From: a virus
Lineage: Duplodnaviria > Caudoviricetes
IMG/VR virus record: IMGVR_UViG_3300006852_000005
Location: 1 to 64,000 of that record
DNA length: 64,000 bases
Strand: one strand, 5' to 3'
Shown here one piece after another: positions 1 to 10,158 of this stretch (positions are counted from its first letter, which is position 1; every line of letters starts with the position of its first letter). The notes beneath the pieces were generated by a model that made no database searches, was not told the DNA's origin, and saw only the letters and a list, made by a program, of their open reading frames with translations. The translations under genes and the position numbers were made by a program.

Positions 1-144
1 CGCGTCGTCGTCGATCGGCGTCAGCCACGCGAGTACCGCAACTCCGCGAGGTCATACGAGTTCCTGACGATCTCATGCGGGTTGACCGTCAGCCTGGTCA
101 CCGAACACGAACTTCCCGCCGACTACTGGGAGACCGCACAGTAA
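1..144 (+). CDS. C-terminal part of a truncated gene, possibly dCMP deaminase
   Basis: Open frame RVVVDRRQPREYRNSARSYEFLTISCGLTVSLV...ETAQ*; its TAA overlaps the polymerase ATG (TAATG). Only weak resemblance to deaminase C-termini. Confidence 0.3.
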   Translation, partial: RVVVDRRQPREYRNSARSYEFLTISCGLTVSLVTEHELPADYWETAQ

Positions 145-1913
145 TGCCAGGACTTGATGATGTCGAACTCACCCTCGTCAACTCGATGCACGAGGTAGCA
201 AATCTTTACCACTGGCTCAGCGAACGCCGACCACGGCATGGCCTCGGCATCGACCTGGAGACCTCGGGACTCGACAAGCGCCGTGATCGGATCCGCCTGG
301 CGCAGATCGGTGACGGTCAACACGGCTGGGCGATCCCGTGGGATGAGTGGAACGGTGTCCTGCGTGACGTCGTCAAGGTCTGGGACGGCGACTGGATCTT
401 CCATAACGGCATCAACTTCGATATCCCATTCCTACTGCGCGCCGACATTCAGCTACCGCAGCACCGCGTTCATGACACGATGGTGATGGCGCGGATCAAC
501 GAGCCGCACATGCCCATGGCACTCAAGTCGCAGACGGCGCGGCACATTGACGCGGACGCCGGTTCGATGCAGGCCGAGCTGTCGGGTACCGGCTTCGACT
601 GGGCCACGGTTCCGACCACGTTTGAGCCGTACTGGCTCTACGGAGCACTTGATCCGGTCCTGGCCTACCGGTTGTACGAGCATCACTACCCGATCGTCCA
701 GGAGGAAGCTCCGAAGGCCTACGACCTGGAGCGTTCGGTGATCTGGATCACCCAGCGGATGGAGCGATACGGTGCCCACGTCGATCGTGCGTACGCCGAG
801 GTCAAGCTGATCGAGTTCCGCGAGTTCTGCCTCAACACCGCGGCCTGGACCGAGGAAACCTACGGCGTCAAGCCGGGATCCAAGGAGGGTGTCCTCGGCG
901 TTCTCAAAAACGCTGGGTTCAACATCATCAAGCAGACCAAGTCGGGTGCGACCAGCCTCGACGCCGAGGTCCTCGAGGAGATCGACCACCCGCTGGCCGA
1001 GGCCGTTCTCAACTACCGTCGCATGCAAAAGATGGCATCGACGTACCTGCGATTCTACGTCGAGGAGGCCGATGCTGATGACCTCCTTCATCCGTCGATC
1101 AACACGCTCGGTGCTCGTACGTCTCGTATGTCAATGGACTCTCCTAACCTGCAGAACCTGCCACGGTTTGGGACGACGAAGGCCGGCGACACGATCCGAA
1201 GCTGCATAACGACACGCTACGACGGCGGCAGCCTAGTGATGTGCGACTTCGATCAGATCGAGGCACGGCTCCTGGCGCACTACGCCCAGGAAGCTTCGAT
1301 GATCGACGCGTTTAAGTCGGGCAATGACTTCTTCACCGTGTTGGCGCGCCAGATCTTCAACGATCCCGAGATCGAAAAGAAGGACAAGCGGCGGCAGATC
1401 ACCAAGAACGCCACGTATGCGACCCTGTACGGCTCAGGGATCCGCAAGTTCGCCTTGACCGCAGGCATCAACGAGGATGAGGCGCGCAACTTCATGCTGA
1501 AGTGGAAGATCCTCTACCCCGGCGTTGCCAGATTGACAAATGATCTGATCAACACAGCTGTCAAGCGGCAGCAAGACACCGGTGACGCATACGTCCGCAG
1601 TCCGTTCACCGGCCGACGGTACGTCGCGGACGCCGGCAAGGAGTACGCGCTGGTCAACTACGTCACACAGGGCGGTGCCGCGGAGATCTTCAAGATGAAG
1701 TTGGTGCAGCTCGATGCGGCGGGACTCGGCGAGTGGATGGTCGCACCGGTACACGACGAGATCATTCTCGACGTACCAGCCGAACACATGCTCGACGTTA
1801 AGCACGTCCTCGAGCAGACCATGAACGACGATCAGATGCTGGCCGTACCGCTGACAGCATCGGTGTCCCGTGGCGTACGTTGGGGTGAGAAGGCGGACTG
1901 GATCGATGACTGA
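144..1913 (+). CDS. polA: Family A DNA polymerase with 3'-5' exonuclease domain
   Basis: Exo motifs DLETSGL, HNGINFD, YGALD; polymerase motifs CDFDQIEAR, KNATYATLYG, VHDEI. Start set at ATG 144. Confidence 0.95.
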   Translation: MPGLDDVELTLVNSMHEVANLYHWLSERRPRHGLGIDLETSGLDKRRDRIRLAQIGDGQHGWAIPWDEWNGVLRDVVKVWDGDWIFHNGINFDIPFLLRADIQLPQHRVHDTMVMARINEPHMPMALKSQTARHIDADAGSMQAELSGTGFDWATVPTTFEPYWLYGALDPVLAYRLYEHHYPIVQEEAPKAYDLERSVIWITQRMERYGAHVDRAYAEVKLIEFREFCLNTAAWTEETYGVKPGSKEGVLGVLKNAGFNIIKQTKSGATSLDAEVLEEIDHPLAEAVLNYRRMQKMASTYLRFYVEEADADDLLHPSINTLGARTSRMSMDSPNLQNLPRFGTTKAGDTIRSCITTRYDGGSLVMCDFDQIEARLLAHYAQEASMIDAFKSGNDFFTVLARQIFNDPEIEKKDKRRQITKNATYATLYGSGIRKFALTAGINEDEARNFMLKWKILYPGVARLTNDLINTAVKRQQDTGDAYVRSPFTGRRYVADAGKEYALVNYVTQGGAAEIFKMKLVQLDAAGLGEWMVAPVHDEIILDVPAEHMLDVKHVLEQTMNDDQMLAVPLTASVSRGVRWGEKADWIDD

Positions 1914-2481
1914 CATCGTGTACATCGGGTTTGACCCAGGAGCCGTTACCGGCATCGCGTGGACGAGTCTCGACGAACGCAAGGATGTGCTCACCGGCTG
2001 CGCACCACCTGATGCGATGAAGGCATGCGACACGCTCTATCAGATCGTCAGCTGGTACATGCACCTCGAGGACGATCCACCGATTCGCATCATCGTGTCG
2101 GGTGAGGCGTACACGATGGGATCCAGCGTCCGCACGCATCAGCCTGATGCACTCTACATCCTCGGCGCGTTGCGCTGGATGATCCATAAGTTCTTTCCGA
2201 GCGTCGAGTTCCGCATCACCGGTGCCGCTGAAGCTAGCCACGTCGGCAACATCACCACGCTCAAGGCCGCTGGCTGGTGGATCCCAGGTGATCCCGACCA
2301 GCACCGTAATCGTGCAGCTGCGCAGGTAGCCCACGCTATGATGATGACGGAGCCGAGACGGTGGTATGATCTGATCAACCCTAGTGATCAAGGAGACATA
2401 AGTGATGGTAAGACGACAGCTTACGATCGCCGAACGCAAGTATCTACTTTCGAAGATTCCCTGGGTCAAGGTCCTGCGTGA
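1906..2481 (+). CDS. RuvC-like Holliday junction resolvase
   Basis: N-terminal YIGFDPGAVTGIA RNase H-fold motif, internal E, late H-x2-RAA. Confidence 0.7.
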   Translation: MTDIVYIGFDPGAVTGIAWTSLDERKDVLTGCAPPDAMKACDTLYQIVSWYMHLEDDPPIRIIVSGEAYTMGSSVRTHQPDALYILGALRWMIHKFFPSVEFRITGAAEASHVGNITTLKAAGWWIPGDPDQHRNRAAAQVAHAMMMTEPRRWYDLINPSDQGDISDGKTTAYDRRTQVSTFEDSLGQGPA

Positions 2482-2809
2482 GAAGGTGCCATGTGACGGC
2501 ATCATCTGGGGCAAGGTGGCCCTGCGCGATATCTTCGTGATGGGACCGCGTGACAACCCACGACCTCCGCGTGGGCTCACGGACAAGCATCACTGCAAGA
2601 AGATGGCGAGCTGGCACTTCACACCGTGTAAGAAGTCGATCGAGCACTGGAGCAGTCGGGCCGGTAACTTCTGCTGGTCACATCTGTTCTCCGCAGGCCT
2701 CTATCATGACATGACAGAGGAGAAGCGCACACTCGCCTGGTATGAACGCAACGCCGAGAAGCTGTTGGCGGCATACACTCCTCCGACCGACAAGAGGCGC
2801 AGGTCATAA
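2402..2809 (+). CDS. Hypothetical protein, Cys/His-containing
   Basis: 135 aa ORF, coupled to the next gene by TAATG. Confidence 0.6.
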   Translation: MMVRRQLTIAERKYLLSKIPWVKVLREKVPCDGIIWGKVALRDIFVMGPRDNPRPPRGLTDKHHCKKMASWHFTPCKKSIEHWSSRAGNFCWSHLFSAGLYHDMTEEKRTLAWYERNAEKLLAAYTPPTDKRRRS

Positions 2810-3066
2810 TGCAGACCTACCAGGATCACCCGTATGCCACGGTGCTGCGCGCCTGGAAGTACGACAAGGATTCGGCCAACGAACTCATCTACGACTACCT
2901 GGCCACGCAACGGACACTGTCCACGCGGGAGCTTGAGCTGCTCGTACTCCTCGACCTCGGTACCGTCATGAGGACGTTGACCCGCTGGTATGGCACGCGG
3001 CTGGCGGTGGCGGCGCGGGCTCACCTCGTCCACGAGATCAAGACGAACCAACGGCTCGTCGGCTAG
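2809..3066 (+). CDS. Hypothetical protein
   Basis: Coupled 85 aa ORF with phage-like codon use. Confidence 0.6.
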   Translation: MQTYQDHPYATVLRAWKYDKDSANELIYDYLATQRTLSTRELELLVLLDLGTVMRTLTRWYGTRLAVAARAHLVHEIKTNQRLVG

Positions 3067-3098
3067 AATTACACCAAGCTCTCAGTGATCGGAGTGAT

Positions 3099-5009
3099 AT
3101 GGCGCGTGTTGAGATCGATGACGACGTCATCGTCGTTGATTCCACATTCAACGAGAAGGAACTCGTCAAGCAGATCCCGGGCTCACGTTGGGACAACAGG
3201 GCCAAACGCTGGACGGTGCCGCTGACCTGGGCCGCCTGCCTGCAACTTCGCGGGCTGTTCGGCGTCAGTCTCCAGATCGGCACCAAGCTGACCGAGTGGT
3301 CCTGGGGTGAAGCCGCCCGGATCAAGATGACGATGGAGATCCGTGAGGACACCGGCACCGGTCGAACCAAACCCGACGGTGCGCATCAGCTGTTCCCGTT
3401 TCAAGACGTCGACATCGAGTTCACAGCCGTCGCGGGTAACGCGCTCATCGGTCATGAGATGGGTCTCGGCAAGACGATCACCGCGCTCACCAGCCTGAAG
3501 ACGCACGCCAACCTTCCTGCGTTGGTGATCTGCCCCAACACGACGAAGACGAGTTGGTTCCGTCAGACCAAGGAGTGGTATCCGCAGGCCAACCCATACG
3601 TCATCTCGGGCTCAGCCACCCAGCGACGGAAGCTGCTTGCCCTGGCGCAGAAGGATCCGCAGGCGCTCGTCATCATCAACATCGAGGCCGTGCGTATGTT
3701 TTCGCGGCTGGCACCATTCGGTTCGATCCGACTGGCGAAGTGTAGCGACTGCGATCCGACCTCAGACCGTAGGCCAAGCATCTGTGAGGTCCACCGTCGG
3801 GAGCTCAACGACTTCGGGTTCAAGACGGTGATCCTCGACGAGGCGCATCGAATCAAGGATCCAAACTCCAAGCAGACCCGGGCGTGCTGGGCCGTTGGCC
3901 ACGATCCGTCGGTTGAACGTCGCTGGGCCTTGACGGGAACGCCGATCGCCAACCACGTCGGTGACCTGTGGTCGGTCATGCACTTCCTGCACCCCACCGA
4001 GTGGGCCACCAAGTCGAAGTTCGTTGACCGCTACGCCATGGTGGCGTGGAACGCCTTTGGCGGCCTGGACGTCGTCGGCGTCAACCCGGCCACAAGGGAC
4101 GAGTTTCAGCGGATCTTCCATCCTCGGTTCCGCCGCATGTTGAAGGTTCAAGTACGGGACCAGCTTCCGGTGATCCGTCGCACGCAGGTCTGGGTCGAGA
4201 TGGGGACCAAGCAGGCCAAGGCGTACAAGGAGATCGAGACTCAACTCATCACGATGATCGATGACGATCCACTGACCGTACCAAACAACCTCACCAAGAT
4301 GATGCGACTGCTTCAGCTTGCGTCATCATACGCCGATGTGAACTGGATCGATGCACCCGATAAGTGCCGTCAACCTAAGCACGACTTGGAGCCTGATCGA
4401 TTCCCACGCGGTTCGTGCACTTGCTGCTTCGACCACAAGGAACTCATCGTCCACCTGGCTGAACCGAGCCCCAAGCTGGATGCGCTGGAGGAGCTCCTCG
4501 ACGGCACGGACCAGCCGGTTGTGATCGCCGCCGAGTCCAAGCAGCTGATCATGCTCGGCGCCAAGCGGTTCGACAAGAACCGCAAGAACGAGCCGTACGG
4601 GCTGATCACCGGTGACCAGGACGAGTGGGAGCGCGACCGCGTCTTGCAGCGGTTCCAGGCTGGAGACCTGCGTGCCGTCCTGATGACGATCGGCGCCGGC
4701 GGCACCGGCGTGGACGGTCTTCAGGTAGCCGACACGATGATATTCCTGCAACGCTCGTGGTCGATGATCAACAACATCCAGGCCGAGGCGCGCATCGACC
4801 GCATCGGCTCGACCGGCGAGTCCAAGCACTACGTGGACATCATCTGCCGTGACACCGTCGAGGAGCGCAAGCAGTATCCGGCGCTGGCGATTAAGTTCAC
4901 GCGCCTCGATGAGATCACCCAAGACCGTGCTAAGCTAGCGACACTCGGTCAGACGTCAGCAGAGCTTGAACTCGAGATCGAGCAGCTCTCAGGAGGCTTC
5001 ATCTTATGA
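3099..5009 (+). CDS. SNF2-family (DEAH) helicase
   Basis: HEMGLGKT, ILDEAHRIK, LTGTPIAN, QAEARIDRIG. Confidence 0.93.
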   Translation: MARVEIDDDVIVVDSTFNEKELVKQIPGSRWDNRAKRWTVPLTWAACLQLRGLFGVSLQIGTKLTEWSWGEAARIKMTMEIREDTGTGRTKPDGAHQLFPFQDVDIEFTAVAGNALIGHEMGLGKTITALTSLKTHANLPALVICPNTTKTSWFRQTKEWYPQANPYVISGSATQRRKLLALAQKDPQALVIINIEAVRMFSRLAPFGSIRLAKCSDCDPTSDRRPSICEVHRRELNDFGFKTVILDEAHRIKDPNSKQTRACWAVGHDPSVERRWALTGTPIANHVGDLWSVMHFLHPTEWATKSKFVDRYAMVAWNAFGGLDVVGVNPATRDEFQRIFHPRFRRMLKVQVRDQLPVIRRTQVWVEMGTKQAKAYKEIETQLITMIDDDPLTVPNNLTKMMRLLQLASSYADVNWIDAPDKCRQPKHDLEPDRFPRGSCTCCFDHKELIVHLAEPSPKLDALEELLDGTDQPVVIAAESKQLIMLGAKRFDKNRKNEPYGLITGDQDEWERDRVLQRFQAGDLRAVLMTIGAGGTGVDGLQVADTMIFLQRSWSMINNIQAEARIDRIGSTGESKHYVDIICRDTVEERKQYPALAIKFTRLDEITQDRAKLATLGQTSAELELEIEQLSGGFIL

Positions 5010-5194
5010 TCGACGAGATCGTTAAGGCATGGCCGACGTTTCGTCGGTTCTTCATCTACTTTGGATTCGTCAACGCACCGATCGCCGCAACCATGTGGCT
5101 ACTCGGCTACAACCCAACGATTAGTGGGTTCTTCGTGTTCGTCGCTATCGTCGTGTTCCTGCTAGGCGCAAAGGCTGAAGATGACCGCAGCTGA
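5006..5194 (+). CDS. Small two-TM membrane protein
   Basis: Two hydrophobic stretches; ATGA overlap. Confidence 0.6.
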   Translation: MIDEIVKAWPTFRRFFIYFGFVNAPIAATMWLLGYNPTISGFFVFVAIVVFLLGAKAEDDRS

Positions 5195-6530
5195 GATGCT
5201 CGCCGAGATGCGTAAGACGCTCTCCCGTCGCGTGATCGCCGAGATGACCAACCTGACACAGGCTAAGGTCGCCAACATCGAGAAGGGTCGAGACACGACC
5301 CTCACCGAGGAGTTAGCGATCCGCAACGCCTATGAGCAGCAGGGCGCGCCGACCACCGATCCGGCGCCCGTGGTCATCACACCACCCGAGCCCAGCTTGC
5401 AGCAAATGTTCATCATGCATCAGAACAAGCTGAAGGACCCGGTCACCGGTGATCTCCTGGGCAACATCTCGGATCCCGTCGAGCTGGAACCGGCGGAGCC
5501 CGTAACGCTCATCTCACCGAGTGACCTAACGGCGCGTGACGGCATTCGCCGCGTCTCGAACTCAGAGATCACCAGCTTCAAGCGATGCCGACGACAGTGG
5601 TGGCTGTCGTACTACCGCGGCCTCAGGCCACGACGTGAGTCGCCGCTTGGACCACGCGCGATCGGTGATCGGATCCACCGTGCTCTGCAGCGCTATTACC
5701 TCCCTGATACCGAATACCGTACGGAACCGAAGGCGGCGCTGGAGGAGGTCATCAGGGAGGACTGGCTGACCCTTAAGGCTACCTTCGCGGCGCAGGGTGA
5801 GGAGGTACCCGAGCTGCTAGTCATCGACCTCAACAAGCAGGCTGACCTCGAGCGCGCGATGATCGAGGGTTACGTCGAGTGGCTCAAGGAGACCGGCTCG
5901 GACTCTGAGTTCCACGTGACCGGCTCGGAGCAGTACATCGAGGCCGACATCACCACAGCACCGGTGAGCAACCAGCGGGTCAAGCTGATAGGTCGACTCG
6001 ATGTCACGGTGCGACGAGTCTACGACAACCTTCGATTCTTCCTCGATCACAAGACGATGGCGGAGTTCACTACAGCCACGCGTTTACTGCCAATGAACGA
6101 ACAGATGAAGGGATATGTTCTCCTTCACACGTTGACGGCCAGTGATCCCAACCAGCGCATCGTCGGCGCGATCTACAACATGCTCCGACGCGTCAAGCGC
6201 ACCGAAAAGGCTAAGCCGCCGTTCTACCAGCGGGTCGAGGTCCAGCACAACCCGACAGAGATTCATACGTTCCGGGACCGGACCATCGGGACGGTGCACC
6301 ACATGGAGTCCGCGCGGCGAGCGCTGGACGCCGACGGCGATCACCACAGGATCGTCTACCCAACGCCGACCAAGGACTGCGCGTGGCAGTGTCCGTTTGC
6401 CCAGGTCTGCACCATGTTTGATGACGGCAGCCGTGTTGAGGCCGCGCTGGAGAACCTCTTCGACGTCGGCGATCCATATGACTACTACGCGGCGCCCGTT
6501 GATGACTTCAATGCGTATGTGGTAGGGTAG
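5181..6530 (+). CDS. Cas4/RecB-like PD-(D/E)XK exonuclease with N-terminal HTH
   Basis: SNSEITSFKRCRRQW, GRLD...DHKT, C-terminal CAWQCPFAQVC; N-terminal LTQAKVANIEKG. Confidence 0.85.
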   Translation: MTAAEMLAEMRKTLSRRVIAEMTNLTQAKVANIEKGRDTTLTEELAIRNAYEQQGAPTTDPAPVVITPPEPSLQQMFIMHQNKLKDPVTGDLLGNISDPVELEPAEPVTLISPSDLTARDGIRRVSNSEITSFKRCRRQWWLSYYRGLRPRRESPLGPRAIGDRIHRALQRYYLPDTEYRTEPKAALEEVIREDWLTLKATFAAQGEEVPELLVIDLNKQADLERAMIEGYVEWLKETGSDSEFHVTGSEQYIEADITTAPVSNQRVKLIGRLDVTVRRVYDNLRFFLDHKTMAEFTTATRLLPMNEQMKGYVLLHTLTASDPNQRIVGAIYNMLRRVKRTEKAKPPFYQRVEVQHNPTEIHTFRDRTIGTVHHMESARRALDADGDHHRIVYPTPTKDCAWQCPFAQVCTMFDDGSRVEAALENLFDVGDPYDYYAAPVDDFNAYVVG

Positions 6531-6583
6531 AAGTTGTTAGACGGCAACAATTTCTCACACTCTCTCACCTCTCAGCGAAGGAA

Positions 6584-6844
6584 GTGATCTATGTGAGCAT
6601 CGACTTTGAGACACCCGTTCATCGGTTCGTCTCGGTGATGCAGGCGGAGCTCGATAGGCTTCGAGCGGACTACGACATCAGGCTGATGCACGGTCGCGCG
6701 GTGGCATCACAAGAGCAACGCTGCAACCGCTGCGGCTTCTACATCCAGTTCGGCCAGGACATCATCCTCGTCGAGCGCGCCGACCGGTCGCGTAAGGACT
6801 GGATCCACGACTTCGGTACGTGTCCCGAGCCGGCGACCGCATGA
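6584..6844 (+). CDS. Hypothetical Zn-finger-like protein
   Basis: CNRC...H..C. Confidence 0.55.
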   Translation: MIYVSIDFETPVHRFVSVMQAELDRLRADYDIRLMHGRAVASQEQRCNRCGFYIQFGQDIILVERADRSRKDWIHDFGTCPEPATA

Positions 6845-7614
6845 GCGATTCACTCAGTCTTCTCATCCACGCCGCCGCCAAGGTCGGTAAGTCCACGCTG
6901 ACCAGCACAGCACCACCACCGATCCTCGTCCTGGACGCGGAGGGCTCGTGGAAGTTCATTAAGACCGCGGGCTTCAAGTCCAACATTCCACTTCGTAAGA
7001 TCGAGTGGGATCCGCGCGTGGCACCACCGCGACATGACGGTACCTGGGACTACTGTCACGTCGCGATCAACAAATGGACCGACCTCACCATGGTGTACCA
7101 GTGGCTGACCCAGGCGCAGCACGACTTCGTCAGCCTCGTGCTCGACTCCATCTCGGAGGCGCAGCGCAAGCTGAAGGAGAACATCTCCGGCACGGATCAG
7201 ATGAAGATCCAGGACTGGGGCACGCTCCTCACACACATGGACAAGCTGATCCGCAACTTCCGTGACCTGACCAATATCCCGGGTACGACGTTACGTTGCG
7301 TTGTCTTCGTATCCGAGACGCGGTTGGAGAACGGTAAGTGGCGTCCCTACATGCAGGGACAGATCTCGGTCTCGCTGCCGTACTGGGTCGACATCTGCTC
7401 GTACTTATATCCCGACAATGAGACCGACGAGAACGGTCAGAACACGCAGCGCATTCAGAAGCTGCTGATCGCACCCCGTGAGGGGTTCGAGACCGGTGAA
7501 CGGGTTCAGGGCCGCCTTCCTGACATCGTCACCAATCCAAATATCACAGAGATGCTGACGGCGGTCTACGCCAACGGCCACAGCCAGGAAGAGGAGTCCG
7601 TCGATGCTGACTGA
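6841..7614 (+). CDS. AAA_24/Sak4-like ATPase (recombinase)
   Basis: Walker A AAAKVGKST, VLDAEG, LVLDSISE; lies between the exonuclease and SSB. Confidence 0.85.
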   Translation: MSDSLSLLIHAAAKVGKSTLTSTAPPPILVLDAEGSWKFIKTAGFKSNIPLRKIEWDPRVAPPRHDGTWDYCHVAINKWTDLTMVYQWLTQAQHDFVSLVLDSISEAQRKLKENISGTDQMKIQDWGTLLTHMDKLIRNFRDLTNIPGTTLRCVVFVSETRLENGKWRPYMQGQISVSLPYWVDICSYLYPDNETDENGQNTQRIQKLLIAPREGFETGERVQGRLPDIVTNPNITEMLTAVYANGHSQEEESVDAD

Positions 7615-8137
7615 CGGCAGTGGTACCACGCACAATTGGAAGGACCTCAAGAAGCGCGGTGAGGACGCGACCAAGCCGATCGAACCCGGCTGGTACGTCA
7701 TGGAGTGCCTCAAGGCCGACCTCAAGCGGGCGTCGACCACCGGCAACCCGATGATCGCCGCGCAGTTCCGGGTCGTCGAGGGTCCCGCGGCCGGTAAGAC
7801 CGCGTTCAACAACTTCAACATCACGCCGGACTCGGACTTCGCGCTCGGCATCTTCTTCAACCAGGTCGGTGCGTTTGGTCTCGGCGACGAGTTCTTCGCC
7901 ACTGACCCGACGCCCGAGCAGCTGGCAGCCAGCCTCGTCGGTCGTCGGGCCAACGTCGAGCTTGGAATCCGCCCTTGGCAGGGTCAGGACCGCAACGATT
8001 TCAAGAACTTCCGTCCGCTCGACGGCCAGGTGCCGATGGGTACTCCGGTGGCGGCGGGCATCCCGGGTGGCGGACCGTCACCCAGCCCGACCGCGGCGCC
8101 GACCGGCGACGGCGTACCGAAGCCGCCGTCCTTCTAG
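7604..8137 (+). CDS. DUF669-like single-stranded DNA binding protein
   Basis: PIEPGWY, GNPMI...F.VVEGP, Pro/Gly-rich tail ending PPSF. Confidence 0.8.
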   Translation: MLTDGSGTTHNWKDLKKRGEDATKPIEPGWYVMECLKADLKRASTTGNPMIAAQFRVVEGPAAGKTAFNNFNITPDSDFALGIFFNQVGAFGLGDEFFATDPTPEQLAASLVGRRANVELGIRPWQGQDRNDFKNFRPLDGQVPMGTPVAAGIPGGGPSPSPTAAPTGDGVPKPPSF

Positions 8138-8270
8138 TCCAGGGACGAACGGTCTGGGAACAGCGTTCTAAGTGATGTCGCGTCGAAGTCGAGTCGTAGA
8201 CGCAGGGGAACGCCGCGGAGGCTATGGGTTTGAGGCCTCCACCTAAACATCATAACGATAGGAGTCGATC

Positions 8271-8786
8271 GTGGACCGCCTCGAAAACATGCTCAAGGCT
8301 CAGCTGGAGATTCAAGGCATCATCAACCCTGACCTACCACCGCTCAACGAGCGCGGTCTCGAGCAACGCATTGACGCAATCAGGTACAACTACATCGCAC
8401 TCGTGCAGGAGCTATCCGAAGCGATGAACGAGGTCGGTTGGAAGTCATGGGCGACCAGCCGACACATCAACGACGAGATGTTCGGAGAGCTCCGTGACGT
8501 GTGGCAGTTCCTGATCAACCTCATGTTCCTGGCGACCGGTGACTCGCCCGAGAAGCTGGCACACCGACTCGTTCACGAGCTGGCCGCCAAGCACGAGATC
8601 AACATTCAGCGGGCCAAGGACAACTACGACGGTGTCTCGACCAAGTGTCACAAGTGCAAGCGCGCGCTGGATGAGGTCACTCTGACCACCGTATATGCCG
8701 AGAACGGTTATGAGATCGAGAAGGTGCTCTGCGTCTGTGGCGCACAGCTAACCCAAGACATAGTGCAACCGTTTTTGAACGACTAG
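8271..8786 (+). CDS. Dimeric all-alpha dUTPase/dCTPase-type nucleotide pyrophosphatase with C-terminal Cys cluster
   Basis: ELSEAMNEVGWKSW, GELRDVWQF, KHEINIQR..NY; CHKC...CVC. Confidence 0.8.
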   Translation: MDRLENMLKAQLEIQGIINPDLPPLNERGLEQRIDAIRYNYIALVQELSEAMNEVGWKSWATSRHINDEMFGELRDVWQFLINLMFLATGDSPEKLAHRLVHELAAKHEINIQRAKDNYDGVSTKCHKCKRALDEVTLTTVYAENGYEIEKVLCVCGAQLTQDIVQPFLND

Positions 8787-8829
8787 TTCTTATGGTACGA
8801 TCAAAGTGATCTAAGAGATTGGACGACAT

Positions 8830-10158
8830 ATGCGGCTCGGCTATGGAAAAATAGGTCGCAGCATGCCCCTCACGCTTGAGGGTTGCGGTACCCAGGGCGG
8901 CGACATCGAGATGACCGCCATGCTCTACCAGCTGGCGGAACGGTACCCAGACGACGAGATCTGGCTTCTTGGCCGCAACTCCGGTGAGGATCCCAAAGAG
9001 ATCGGTCTACCGTCGAACGTCATCAACCCGTGGGTATGGTGGAAGAAGCCGCTGCAGGAGGCCATCGTCGCTGGTGGACTCAAGCACGTCAACCTGTCGA
9101 CCGACGAGCAGTTCGCCATGCAGCGAATCCACGATGACCTGACCCTGCCGACGTTCATGCAGATGGATGGTTTCGTCATGTGGGTCGGTCAGCACGGCAC
9201 GACGAATGCGCCGCTACCGACGGTGAAGGGCGACGCGCTGACCAAGCCGTACGACTTCTCGACGCATTACGTCTCGTACATCCTGCGCGGCATCAACGTC
9301 TGGCGTGACGAGGATCCGATCAATCGCGAGGAGATCTGGATCAACGCCGATCCGCGGAACTACCACAAGATGCGCGACCTCAAGTGGCCACTGCGTCATC
9401 CGATCCTGACACAGTACACGTTCGATCGCAACATCAAGCACGCGCGATACGGCGATCCGACACCGCCCGATGCAACACTATGGGGAAACTACACCACGCA
9501 GATCGACGACGAGACGTGGGGCTCGAAGACCCTCAACGCGTACTCCCGGCTCGAGTTCAACGCGCTCGTGCCGGGTACGCCGTCCGGTGAATCGGTCAAC
9601 CTCAACGACTCGTGGGAGGACCGTGACTCGTTCGGGCTGTTCATCAACGAGGCGCGAGCGATCGGTGTCAGTGAGGAGCGCGGTCGGCTCAAGATCCTCC
9701 AAGATTGGGTGCTACCGCTGAACCCGTCGTTCATCCACGGTAAGTGGTCTGATCAAGCTGAGCAGAAGCTTGGGTTCCACATCCAGCCACTCGGGTGGGC
9801 CGACGGCTATGTCACCAAGCTGCAGTCGGTGCGATCAACGTTCACGACTCCGTCCAGCGGCTCAGGCTGGGCCACCACCAAGCCGTGGGAGGCGTTCGCC
9901 GCCGGTGTGGTTTGTTACTTTCACCCAATGTATGATGATCAAAACCACATCTTACGTGATGCACCAATGGGTCTTAGCGATTGGTTGCGCGTTAAGTCAC
10001 CCGAGGAACTCAAGCTGCGTGTGGACCATCTGAACTCGCAGGCCGGTCGTCCCGACTGGGAGTGGATCGTTAAGATGCAACGACGGCACTTCGATGATGC
10101 GGTCGCCGAGCGCAAGTACATGAAGATGATCGATGACCGACTGAGGAGCATCAAGTGA
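8830..10158 (+). CDS. T4 beta-glucosyltransferase-like (GT-B) DNA glycosyltransferase
   Basis: C-terminal TTKPWEAFAAGVVCYFHPMYDDQNHIL...VKSPEELKLRVDHL resembles the T4 BGT C-terminus as recalled; nucleotide-metabolism context. Confidence 0.65.
   Translation: MRLGYGKIGRSMPLTLEGCGTQGGDIEMTAMLYQLAERYPDDEIWLLGRNSGEDPKEIGLPSNVINPWVWWKKPLQEAIVAGGLKHVNLSTDEQFAMQRIHDDLTLPTFMQMDGFVMWVGQHGTTNAPLPTVKGDALTKPYDFSTHYVSYILRGINVWRDEDPINREEIWINADPRNYHKMRDLKWPLRHPILTQYTFDRNIKHARYGDPTPPDATLWGNYTTQIDDETWGSKTLNAYSRLEFNALVPGTPSGESVNLNDSWEDRDSFGLFINEARAIGVSEERGRLKILQDWVLPLNPSFIHGKWSDQAEQKLGFHIQPLGWADGYVTKLQSVRSTFTTPSSGSGWATTKPWEAFAAGVVCYFHPMYDDQNHILRDAPMGLSDWLRVKSPEELKLRVDHLNSQAGRPDWEWIVKMQRRHFDDAVAERKYMKMIDDRLRSIK

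Noticed and set aside
144-5009. Inteins or introns in the polymerase or helicase
   Set aside because: Lengths are normal, and I see no intein C-terminal HN-C/S/T junction or LAGLIDADG block
5181-6530. Cas4-like gene as a sign of CRISPR
   Set aside because: No repeat-spacer array or other cas genes; it sits in the usual exonuclease-ATPase-SSB recombination module
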